Shown here: piece by piece, positions 16,640 through 29,087 of the stretch
How positions within the stretch are numbered: the first letter of the stretch is position 1
How the letters are laid out: the number at the start of each line of letters is the position of its first letter
Origin: Candidatus Kaiserbacteria bacterium
Lineage (GTDB): Bacteria > Patescibacteriota > Minisyncoccia > Phycocordibacterales > UBA2100
NCBI GenBank assembly: GCA_028286865.1
Contig: JAQBQU010000017.1
Location: forward strand, 14,395 to 78,394
Length of the DNA stretch: 64,000 nt
Direction: 5' to 3'
Translations under genes and position numbers: made by a program
The notes under the pieces: model-generated
Database searches by the model: none
What the model was told of the DNA's origin: nothing
The model's input: only the letters and a program-made list of their open reading frames with translations

Positions 16640-17203
16640 ATGGAAATATGGTATAGCCTCACGGGCGATCTCGATAAAAAAGCGGGGCAGGATGCTATAC
16701 AGTGGATCAATCATGAGCTCTACTCGAAGCCCGTGACGCTCCTGCGATTCATGGTGGCATCCGGCGGCGGCAATATTGATACCGGCACAAATTTACATAT
16801 GTACCTCAAGTCGCTCCCCGTAAAAGTGGAGACGATCGGTTTCGGTGTGGTGGATGCTGCTGCGGTACTGGTCTTTCTTGGCGGGCATACACGCATCGCG
16901 GTCGAGGGCTGCAGATTCTTCTTTCACGAAGGCCGCTACACGATCGAGAATCCAACGGGCCCTTTGCATGCGCATGAAGAAGCAATATCTGTGTTCAAAC
17001 GCAATCTGCACGAAATGATCTACGTGATCGCGCGGGAAACGGGCAACGACACCGAGACCGTCGCGAACATGCTTCGCAAGAGCAAGATCATGCAGACCAG
17101 TGAGGCAAAAGATTTCGGACTCTGCAGCGAGATCATCAAGGAGCTCCCGCTGCGCCAACAGGAGACCGCGTTCGGTTTTCGAGAATCACAAGCCGCTGAG
17201 TGA
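16640..17203 (+). CDS. ClpP/S14-family protease-like protein, catalytic Ser apparently replaced
   Basis: ASGGGNIDTGTNLHMYLKSL...ETIGFGVVDAAAVLVFLGGHTRI...FFFHEG aligns to ClpP (NSPGG...ICMGQAASMGAFLL...IHQP). Ala/Asp stand at the Ser position while the His is retained. No clpX is adjacent. Confidence 0.55.
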   Translation: MEIWYSLTGDLDKKAGQDAIQWINHELYSKPVTLLRFMVASGGGNIDTGTNLHMYLKSLPVKVETIGFGVVDAAAVLVFLGGHTRIAVEGCRFFFHEGRYTIENPTGPLHAHEEAISVFKRNLHEMIYVIARETGNDTETVANMLRKSKIMQTSEAKDFGLCSEIIKELPLRQQETAFGFRESQAAE

Positions 17204-17210
17204 GATTCTT

Positions 17211-17249
17211 TTAAAAAAAATTGCCCGGGCGCGGCCCGGGCAATTTGCG
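17211..17249. terminator. bidirectional rho-independent terminator (TTGCCCGGGC-GC-GGCCCGGGCAA)
   Basis: 10-bp GC stem with A8 upstream and a T-rich tract downstream, between convergent genes. Confidence 0.7.
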
Positions 17250-17263
17250 ATGAGGTGGCTGGA

Positions 17264-17494
17264 TCAGTCTCGGATGATACTGATCCGGTACGCTGCGGTC
17301 TTTCCTTGGTGGAACTTGTCGGCGGGCCCGATCACGAAGCGGACACGCTGACCATCGCTCAGGGACGGCAGTCCGCTCTGTCCGAGCGAAAATACGCCGA
17401 CGAACACATCCTTGCCGCCGACGACTTTGATGAAGCCGAACCCCTTCTTGCGATTATAGAACTTGACCGTTCCTTCGACGAACTCGGTGCCCAT
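17264..17494 (-). CDS. cold-shock domain protein (CspA family)
   Basis: MGTEFVEGTVKFYNRKKGFGFIKVVGGKDVFVGVFSL...GQRVRFVI shows the RNP1-like KGFGFI and VFVH-like motifs. The longer ORF-track version was trimmed to a Csp-length start. Confidence 0.8.
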   Translation of the reverse strand: MGTEFVEGTVKFYNRKKGFGFIKVVGGKDVFVGVFSLGQSGLPSLSDGQRVRFVIGPADKFHQGKTAAYRISIIRD

Positions 17495-17725
17495 GGCGAT
17501 GGGATCGTCGGATGCCGGCGGCTTCCGCGAGTGTCTTCCGTTGTTGTTCTTGTGTGCATGCCGGGGCGGATTCCGGTAGACATCTTGCATTGCCATTCGT
17601 CGCAATTCCTCTCTTGTTGCAGGGACCGAAAGAACTTATTTCCTCCGGGATAGCCGCGCGCTCTTCGAGTGCAGGGCGGACCGGAGGCAATTCGAGTCAC
17701 TCTGCATTCCGGAGCAATGGTTGTC

Positions 17726-17758
17726 AATAAAAAAATCCCGGCCAATTTCTCGGCCGGG
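17726..17758 (-). terminator. rho-independent terminator on the minus strand (CCCGGCC-loop-GGCCGGG + T7)
   Basis: On the minus strand, the hairpin is followed by TTTTTTT, downstream of the small gene 17784..17957. Confidence 0.6.
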
Positions 17759-17783
17759 GTAAGTCTGGGGCAGTGTGGGGCGA

Positions 17784-17957
17784 TCAATTGTCCGGATAGC
17801 GGCGCGCGATCTGCCGTGCCGTGTCGCGGATGTATTCCGGTGTGCGGTGGTAGGGGTCGCGTGGCTTCGAGCGTCGTGACGAGCGTACAGCGCGCGGGCG
17901 TTGCTCACGCTCATTGTCTGAACGCTGACTCGGAAGTTCCGGGCCGTTGTTCTGCAT
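17784..17957 (-). CDS. small basic hypothetical protein (57 aa)
   Basis: Start MQNNGPELPS... is supported by AGGAGCCATC-ATG (SD at 6-nt spacing). A terminator follows. Confidence 0.45.
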   Translation of the reverse strand: MQNNGPELPSQRSDNEREQRPRAVRSSRRSKPRDPYHRTPEYIRDTARQIARRYPDN

Positions 17958-18095
17958 GATGGCTCCTGAATAGAGGAACCGGGGGACGCACAACTCACCC
18001 CCGTCTATTTGTTATTATACACCAAAGCGGAATAATGTCAATAATACGCAGTTGATATGGCTCAAAGGAGCCGTTTTCTTTGGTAGAATGATGCA

Positions 18096-19756
<1,661 letters not shown>

Positions 19757-19871
19757 GCCAAGATGAAGATGCCCCTTGCATCTTTTTAGACCAGGCGTGG
19801 GTGGGGTGGTCAAGCCAATATATGGCTTAAAACCTCGGTTTTGTCTTCACGTAGGCTTCATTAGGCCATGA

Positions 19872-19907
19872 AAATGCCTTGACAGTCAAGGGTCTTCGTG
19901 CTACCAT
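19872..19907 (+). promoter_or_regulatory. sigma70-like promoter TTGACA-17-TACCAT with overlapping palindrome CCTTGAC-A-GTCAAGG
   Basis: TTGACA at 19879-19884 and TACCAT at 19902-19907 with a 17-nt spacer, 34 nt upstream of the 3D-domain gene ATG. The perfect 7-bp inverted repeat spans the -35 and is a possible operator. Confidence 0.5.
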
Positions 19908-19940
19908 ATTCATGTTAGAGATTCGTCTCTTGCATTGAAC

Positions 19941-20525
19941 ATGTCAGGAATCTTCACATCAGCCCTCATCGGGTTTTTTGCTTACGCAGGCGTCGGCATC
20001 GCATCCGCCGACACCCAGCAGCAGATCGCCCCCGAGGCGCCCACATACAAGAGCATTTCGGTATCCATGACGGGCTATAACGCCGTTGCCGCTCAGACCG
20101 ACGGCGATCCCTATACCACCGCAAGCGGGGCGTATTCTGATCCCGATGTGGTCGCTGCCCGCTCTGTCGACCTCGCCGACCAGCTCCCGTTCGGAACGGT
20201 TATCGAGATCGATACTACGAGCAGCACATCGACCACCTGCGGACTCTCATTGGTAGACGACACCGTCGGCTATCGTGTTATTGCCGACTCAATGCACCCT
20301 CGTAAGCGCAACCAGATCGACCTCTTGTTCCACACGTCCGACAAGGTTCGTGCCGGTGGCCGCATCGTCAACGCCGCAGTGGCGCTCGGCGTCTGTAAGA
20401 ATGTCTCGATCAAGATCATCGGGCACGTTGATATTGCCCACATGCCGAAGAACCAGGAGGAACTCAAGCTTGCGATAGGGCAGCTCGATAAGGCACCCGC
20501 CGGGAACCTCGTGGTAAGCAAATAA
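19941..20525 (+). CDS. secreted 3D-domain protein (MltA-like double-psi beta-barrel; cell-wall associated)
   Basis: Signal-peptide-like N-terminus, then TASGAYSDPDVVAARSVDLADQLPFGTVIEID...GYRVIADSMHPRKRNQIDLLF matching the 3D-domain pattern (tASG..vAvD...iPfGt...GyavvaDtG..I.g..iDlf). Confidence 0.65.
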   Translation: MSGIFTSALIGFFAYAGVGIASADTQQQIAPEAPTYKSISVSMTGYNAVAAQTDGDPYTTASGAYSDPDVVAARSVDLADQLPFGTVIEIDTTSSTSTTCGLSLVDDTVGYRVIADSMHPRKRNQIDLLFHTSDKVRAGGRIVNAAVALGVCKNVSIKIIGHVDIAHMPKNQEELKLAIGQLDKAPAGNLVVSK

Positions 20526-20636
20526 AGACGCGGACATATCATGAAGTCCTCTTCATGAAATCTTCCGTTTTGATATGCCATACTTTCGTATCCTCTTGAT
20601 AGGGGTTATCAGCAATTAATAGCTATACATATTTCT

Positions 20637-21293
20637 ATGAATAATGACTCAAACCGCGGCCTATGGATCGGCATCGTCATCGTGATAGTGCTCGTGGCCC
20701 TGGGCCTCTGGTGGTACTCATCCAGCATGACCGATAATTCCATGACGACCGATACCACCGCGACCACAACGGTGACTACGGGTACAGGTGCAGGTACGAC
20801 GGGCACCACCGGCACCACAGGTTCTGGCGCGGGCACTTCGGGCTCAGCCGCAGTCATCCCGGTGACCAAGTCGAGCAACGATGTCGTCTCGATCGTTTCA
20901 GGTCTCTCGGGCGTCTCTCAGTTCAACGCGCTCTTCCACTCAACAGGAGTCGCCGCGACCATCGTCCCTCAGGCGGGCGGTAAGTACACGATCTTCGTTC
21001 CGACCAACGGTGCGATCTCCCAGCTTCCTGCCGGCACGATCTCGAACATGACGGCGGCTGAGAAGAAGCGCCTTATTCAGTATCACGTCGTCTCCGGGCG
21101 CGCGATCGATACGACGTCTCAGACCGCAGGCCAGATCCAGGCACTTTCCGGTGACGCATTGAACTTCAACTACGGGACCAACAAGATCCCGATGGTCAAC
21201 AGCTCGATCATCATCGCTCAGTACAACGGTTCTAACGGTACGGTCTACCTTGTGGACAATGTGCTGCTTCCTCCGAAGAAGTCGAACATCTAA
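20637..21293 (+). CDS. membrane-anchored fasciclin (FAS1) domain protein with Thr/Gly-rich linker
   Basis: N-terminal TM, then a TTGTTG/GAG linker, then the FAS1 motifs YTIFVPTNGAISQLPAGT ... VYLVDNVLLP. Confidence 0.7.
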   Translation: MNNDSNRGLWIGIVIVIVLVALGLWWYSSSMTDNSMTTDTTATTTVTTGTGAGTTGTTGTTGSGAGTSGSAAVIPVTKSSNDVVSIVSGLSGVSQFNALFHSTGVAATIVPQAGGKYTIFVPTNGAISQLPAGTISNMTAAEKKRLIQYHVVSGRAIDTTSQTAGQIQALSGDALNFNYGTNKIPMVNSSIIIAQYNGSNGTVYLVDNVLLPPKKSNI

Positions 21294-21305
21294 CTCTCGT
21301 TCGCA

Positions 21306-21338
21306 GAAAAACACCCTCCGTTCGGAGGGTGTTTTTTG
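21306..21338 (+). terminator. rho-independent terminator (CACCCTCC-GTTC-GGAGGGTG + T6)
   Basis: Perfect 8-bp stem plus a U-tract immediately after the fasciclin gene. Confidence 0.75.
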
Positions 21339-22106
21339 ATGGCGGAACGTGGTATTATTCCGCCGATGAATGAAGCAATCCACGTAGCGCTCGCACCCGA
21401 AGTAGTGACCACGCTCTTCGGGATCCCGATCACCAACACGCTCATTACGAGCTGGGCGGTGATAGGGGTACTTTTTGTCATCGCACTCGTGATAGGACGC
21501 AATCCGAAGCTCATCCCGGGCCGTTTCCAGACACTCCTCGAGTGGCTTTTCGGATTCGTCTACGATTACATCGCCGAGACCCTCGAGAGCCGCGACCTCG
21601 CGCGCCGTTTCTTTCCGTACCTCACGACGATGTTCCTCTTTGTATTCACCTCGAACCTGCTCGAGTTCACCCCCGGTATCGGCTCTATCGGTTTTTTCAG
21701 TGGTACTGAGTTCACGCCACTGCTTCGCAGCGTGAACACCGACCTCAACGTCACCCTCATGCTCGCGATCCTCGCATTCTTGGTGATCGAGGTGACCGGC
21801 GTCGTGGTCATCGGCTTCTGGCGCTACGGAGGGAAGTTCATCAACGTGCGGCACGGGGTCATCGCATTCTTCGTCGGCATCATCGAACTTTTTTCGGAAA
21901 TGGCGCGCATCGTGTCGTTCTCGTTCCGACTCTTCGGCAACATCTTCGCCGGCGAAGTGCTCATCCTCGTCGTGACCCACTTCTTGCCCTACATCGGCCC
22001 CGTTCCCGTCATGACCTTCGAGCTCTTCGTGGGCTTCGTGCAGGCGGCCATCTTCTCGCTTCTGACCCTCTTTTTCATCAAGCTCGCTGTCTCAGAACCT
22101 CACTAA
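21339..22106 (+). CDS. atpB: F0F1 ATP synthase subunit a
   Basis: Conserved FSFRLFGNIFAGEVLILV with the essential Arg. An alternative start is at ATG 21366. Confidence 0.85.
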   Translation: MAERGIIPPMNEAIHVALAPEVVTTLFGIPITNTLITSWAVIGVLFVIALVIGRNPKLIPGRFQTLLEWLFGFVYDYIAETLESRDLARRFFPYLTTMFLFVFTSNLLEFTPGIGSIGFFSGTEFTPLLRSVNTDLNVTLMLAILAFLVIEVTGVVVIGFWRYGGKFINVRHGVIAFFVGIIELFSEMARIVSFSFRLFGNIFAGEVLILVVTHFLPYIGPVPVMTFELFVGFVQAAIFSLLTLFFIKLAVSEPH

Positions 22107-22261
22107 TCGGTCTGGAAATCAGGAGGCAGCGATGGTATGATGCATGCGGTCGGAAATGAAAGAAGTACATTATGGCGGCTAACGAGCCGGATCGCGAGCG
22201 CTTGCGCTCATGATCGGCGAGAGAAGACGACATATGAGCGTAGAGATTATTAACCAAGTAA

Positions 22262-22501
<240 letters not shown>

Positions 22502-22637
22502 TTTGACGCGCTTCGTCGTTGAGGTTCAAAAAAAATTCTTCACCGTACGTTTCGTACGACTCAGAATATTTTTCTCCCTCGCCTAGAATCGCATTCAAAT
22601 TACTCAAATTCACACACACGGCGTTCAGAAAAAAATT

Positions 22638-23087
22638 ATGGAACCACTTTTCGCAGCATTCGGAGTCAATTGGAAACTGCTTATCGTTCAAGCGGTGAAT
22701 TTCGGATTGCTTTTGTCCTTGCTCACATACCTCCTCTACAAGCCGTTGCTCCGCATCATTGATGAGCGACGCGAAAAGGTAGCGGAAGGTGTGCGCACTG
22801 CACAAGAAGCAGCTCGAACACTCTCCGATGCGAAGATAGAAAGTGAGGGTTTGGTAGGTACCGCAGCACGCGAGGCGGAAATCCTTGTCGCGACCGCTCG
22901 GAGTCGTGCGGACGAAAAGGGGAATGAGATCGTCAAAGCCGCTGAAGCACGTGCAGATGGTGTCATGAAAGATGCTGCCGCTCGGGCCGAAGAGGCGCGA
23001 CGCACGGCAATGCTCGAAAGCGAGAAAGACATCGCACGCGCCGCAATGCTCGCGGCTGAAAAGGTACTCCGACAAAAGTCGGCATAA
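22638..23087 (+). CDS. atpF: F0F1 ATP synthase subunit b
   Basis: N-terminal TM then a long charged helix (ERREKVAEGVRTAQEAARTL...). Confidence 0.85.
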   Translation: MEPLFAAFGVNWKLLIVQAVNFGLLLSLLTYLLYKPLLRIIDERREKVAEGVRTAQEAARTLSDAKIESEGLVGTAAREAEILVATARSRADEKGNEIVKAAEARADGVMKDAAARAEEARRTAMLESEKDIARAAMLAAEKVLRQKSA

Positions 23088-23091
23088 TAAT

Positions 23092-23481
23092 ATGGAAGAA
23101 GGCTACGCACGGGCATTATGGAAAGTGATACATGCGGGGACTCCCGCACATAAGGCTGTGCAGGCACTGACCGAAACGCTCAAGTCTCACGGCCGATTGG
23201 CACTTTCACCGCGTATCGCTAAGGCATTTGCTCGTATCGCAGAGCGCGAGAGTGCTCGCGAGGGGGCAGTGCTTACCGTCGCGCGTGAGAAGGACGAGCG
23301 TCATGCACACGCGGAAGCAAAAAAGGTACTTGCAGACATGGGGGTGGAGGTTCAGGACCTCAAGACGGAAGTCGACGATACATTGATCGGCGGCTGGCGC
23401 CTCGAGGGACGGGGAACCCTTATTGATGCAAGTTTCAAAAAACATTTATTGGACATCTTTAGCAGCGTCACGGGCGCATAA
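23092..23481 (+). CDS. atpH: F0F1 ATP synthase subunit delta (short, about 129 aa)
   Basis: C-terminal IGGWRLEGRGTLIDASFKKHLLDI matches the delta/OSCP C-terminal region. The track ORF 22972 was trimmed to the Met after the atpF stop. Confidence 0.7.
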   Translation: MEEGYARALWKVIHAGTPAHKAVQALTETLKSHGRLALSPRIAKAFARIAERESAREGAVLTVAREKDERHAHAEAKKVLADMGVEVQDLKTEVDDTLIGGWRLEGRGTLIDASFKKHLLDIFSSVTGA

Positions 23482-23484
23482 TAT

Positions 23485-25056
<1,572 letters not shown>

Positions 25057-25082
25057 TTTCTTGCGCATAAGCGCACCCGATC

Positions 25083-25991
25083 ATGGCAAATCTTAAACTC
25101 ATCAAATCAAAGATCCTCTCGTACAAGAAGACGGGAACGGTGACCCATGCCATGGAGGCAGTTTCGGCGGTGAAAATGCGCAAGGGACAGGAGCGTGCGC
25201 TTTCGGGCCGCTCATATGCTGCCTCAGCACTTTCAGTACTTGAGCGACTCTCGGGCACGGCCGACCTTTCTCGTCATCCGATGATGCAAGATCGTGTGGG
25301 CAAAACAGCGGTCGTGGTCATTACTTCAGACAAAGGACTTGCGGGAGGCTTCAATAGCGGTGTCATTCGAGCTGCAGAAAATCTTATACAGGAAAAAAAT
25401 CTTACGAAGGAAGATGCGATCATTCTCGCCTTCGGTCGCAAGGGCGGAGAATTCTTCAAGTCGCGCGGTTTTGCCGTAGAAGTGGAGCGCACCAATGTGA
25501 GCGACGATATTTCCGAGAGCGAACTCGCCGAGATCACCCGCATGCTTATCGATCGCAGTGATATCACGACCGTATTCGTCGTCTATCAGAATTTCATATC
25601 AACATTCGAGCAGCAGCCGATCTCACGACAGATCGTCCCCATCAAGCCGGAGGTCATCCGCGAGATCGTCGCCGGCATCCGCCCGGCGCGCGGTCGCTAT
25701 GCTCCGCAGAACGACTCCGAAGTCGTGCGCCCTGCATCGTATACGGTGGAGCCCGATGCCGAGACGGTGCTCTCGGTCCTTCTCCCGAAACTTCTCAATA
25801 TCGCCGTATTCCACGCACTGCTTGAATCGAAAGCATCAGAACATTCAGCGCGCATGGTCGCGATGAAGAGCGCGACCGACAAAGCGCGCGACATGGCCAA
25901 GAGTCTCACCCGCATCTTCAACAAGGTACGCCAGGCAGCGATCACGCGCGAAGTATCCGAGATCACTTCCGGAATGGAAGCGATGAAATAA
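25083..25991 (+). CDS. atpG: F0F1 ATP synthase subunit gamma
   Basis: 302 aa with the gamma N-terminal and C-terminal helices (MANLKLIKSKI...; ...AITREVSEITSGMEAMK). Confidence 0.9.
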   Translation: MANLKLIKSKILSYKKTGTVTHAMEAVSAVKMRKGQERALSGRSYAASALSVLERLSGTADLSRHPMMQDRVGKTAVVVITSDKGLAGGFNSGVIRAAENLIQEKNLTKEDAIILAFGRKGGEFFKSRGFAVEVERTNVSDDISESELAEITRMLIDRSDITTVFVVYQNFISTFEQQPISRQIVPIKPEVIREIVAGIRPARGRYAPQNDSEVVRPASYTVEPDAETVLSVLLPKLLNIAVFHALLESKASEHSARMVAMKSATDKARDMAKSLTRIFNKVRQAAITREVSEITSGMEAMK

Positions 25992-25992
25992 T

Positions 25993-26316
25993 ATGCCGGA
26001 GAGCGCGGATCGACACATCAATAAGATTCGCTCGCAGGCAGAAATACGCGCCAAGGTCGCCGCCGCTATTCACGAAGCCATCGCGCAGATCGCCATGCTC
26101 AATCATGCGGGACCTACCAATGCACTGCGCGCTATACGTGCAGCTGATGAAGTGTTGGCAAGTGATGTAGCTTTTACTTCCGTTGAAGAGCTTTCAGTCC
26201 TGGCACAGGATGCCGCGGAAGCGGCGTTCGCCGATGTCGGATTCAACAGCGCAAAGCTCGTTGCGGATCTCCATGTCATAACGCAGACAAAATTGGCTAA
26301 CGCGGACCAATCATGA
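25993..26316 (+). CDS. Ala-rich helical hypothetical protein (107 aa) inserted in the atp operon
   Basis: Tightly coupled to atpG by a 1-nt gap and overlapping the next gene by 4 nt. No motif recognised. Confidence 0.45.
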   Translation: MPESADRHINKIRSQAEIRAKVAAAIHEAIAQIAMLNHAGPTNALRAIRAADEVLASDVAFTSVEELSVLAQDAAEAAFADVGFNSAKLVADLHVITQTKLANADQS

Positions 26317-26744
26317 GCAAATTTCTTTTCTATGGAGCCGCATTCTTGATCCTGCGAGACGACAATAAGATATTACTTTCTAAGCGGCACAATACAGGAC
26401 ATGAGGATGGTAACTTCGGTCTTGTTTCGGGGCACATTGAAGAGAAAGAAACAGCACAGCGCGCGATCATCCGCGAGGCATTTGAGGAAGCGGGGATCAC
26501 CTTGCGCGAGGAAGATCTGGACGTCGTGCATGTTCAGCATCGCAATGCCGGGGATAGAACGTATTTTGATGTGTACCTGCGCGCACGTGCCTGGAGCGGG
26601 GATCCGATCAATAAAGAGCCCGCAAAATGCTCCGCACTCGAGTGGGTCGCAATGGACAGCTTGCCCGACAACACGGTCAACTATGTCGCGGACGTGCTTC
26701 AGCAGATCGACGCCGGTGTCACTTACAGCAATAAAGGATTTTAA
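26313..26744 (+). CDS. NUDIX hydrolase
   Basis: Nudix box GHIEEKETAQRAIIREAFEEAGI (Gx5Ex7REUxEExGU). Confidence 0.85.
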   Translation: MSKFLFYGAAFLILRDDNKILLSKRHNTGHEDGNFGLVSGHIEEKETAQRAIIREAFEEAGITLREEDLDVVHVQHRNAGDRTYFDVYLRARAWSGDPINKEPAKCSALEWVAMDSLPDNTVNYVADVLQQIDAGVTYSNKGF

Positions 26745-26745
26745 T

Positions 26746-27348
26746 ATGAGAGAACTTCTGATCGCGACACGTAATAAAGGCAAAGTGCCCGAAATGGCGG
26801 CCGCACTCGCCGGGCTGCCGTTCACACTTATGAGCGTAGACGACGTGCCCGCGCTCGAAGGTTTTGATGTAGAAGAGACGGGAACCACCTTCGAAGAAAA
26901 TGCGTTGCTCAAGGCGAAGCAGTACGGCGACAAGAGCGGGAAACTTACTATCGCTGATGACTCGGGACTCGAAGTGGACGCACTTGAAGGCGCCCCTGGA
27001 GTTTACAGTGCTCGCTATGTGCTCGGTACTAATGTCGACCGTTACAATGCGCTGCTCAAGAACATGAATGATATTCAGGATGATAGGGAACGCGGAGCCC
27101 AATTCCACTCGACGATCGCCGTATACGACCCTACTACTGGTCGCTCGATCACCACGGAAGGGATCTGCCGGGGACGTATTCTCCGTGCTCCGGTGGGCGA
27201 GCATGGTTTTGGCTATGATCCGATATTCTATGTGGACGAGCTCGGGGCAACATTTGGCGAGGCCTCTTTAGAGGAGAAGCAGTCGGTGGACCATCGAGCC
27301 AAAGCCATCAAGAAAATGAGAGAACTGCTGCTTGGCGAATTTATATAA
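26746..27348 (+). CDS. rdgB: dITP/XTP pyrophosphatase (RdgB/Ham1 family)
   Basis: MRELLIATRNKGKVPEM...TFEENALLKAKQ...GLEVDALEGAPGVYSARY...HGFGYDPIF shows Ham1-family motifs. The track ORF 26401 was trimmed to ATG 26746. Confidence 0.85.
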   Translation: MRELLIATRNKGKVPEMAAALAGLPFTLMSVDDVPALEGFDVEETGTTFEENALLKAKQYGDKSGKLTIADDSGLEVDALEGAPGVYSARYVLGTNVDRYNALLKNMNDIQDDRERGAQFHSTIAVYDPTTGRSITTEGICRGRILRAPVGEHGFGYDPIFYVDELGATFGEASLEEKQSVDHRAKAIKKMRELLLGEFI

Positions 27349-27360
27349 AATCGGTTATAA

Positions 27361-28743
<1,383 letters not shown>

Positions 28744-28747
28744 AAAC

Positions 28748-29002
28748 ATGGCTGAGCACGCGAACACATTCCATCTCGTCGTGGCAAGCGTCGGCGAGAC
28801 GCGCTTCGACGGCGCGGCGCTCTCCGTCACGCTCCCGGGCACATCCGGCGAAATGACGCTGCTCCCGCATCACGAACCGCTCGTGACGACGCTCAAGCCG
28901 GGGACGATCACCGTCAAAGATTCACTCGGCGAAATAAAGAAATTCGAGATCGAAGGCGGTGTCATCGAATGCTCCGGCAACAAAGTCGTCGTCCTGCTCT
29001 AG
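28748..29002 (+). CDS. atpC: F0F1 ATP synthase subunit epsilon, N-terminal beta-sandwich domain only (84 aa)
   Basis: FHLVVASVGETRFDGAALSVTLPGTSGEMTLLPHHEPLVTTLKPG matches the epsilon N-domain. The C-terminal two-helix inhibitory hairpin is absent. Confidence 0.8.
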   Translation: MAEHANTFHLVVASVGETRFDGAALSVTLPGTSGEMTLLPHHEPLVTTLKPGTITVKDSLGEIKKFEIEGGVIECSGNKVVVLL

Positions 29003-29087
29003 TTTACCCGTGCGGAGCGATGGGCTCGTCCGTGGCGAAGCAGGGTTTTCAACACAACGCGAAGAGCAGCGGCATAAGAAAGGTACA

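Noticed and set aside
17600-18060. Multiple overlapping 70-130-aa ORFs on both strands between csp and the 18096 gene.
   Set aside because: They are mutually exclusive frames in a GC-rich intergenic or UTR region. Only 17784..17957 (minus), with an SD plus a terminator, was retained.
26401-27348. The 315-aa ORF running through the Nudix gene into rdgB.
   Set aside because: The upstream part is an alternative frame of the Nudix gene. The RdgB homology begins at ATG 26746 (MRELLIATRNKGK).
28959-29087. N-terminal extension (MSSNAPATKSS...) of the SLT protein overlapping the atpC end.
   Set aside because: The extension overlaps atpC and the terminator-like region. A signal peptide with an SD begins at 29088.
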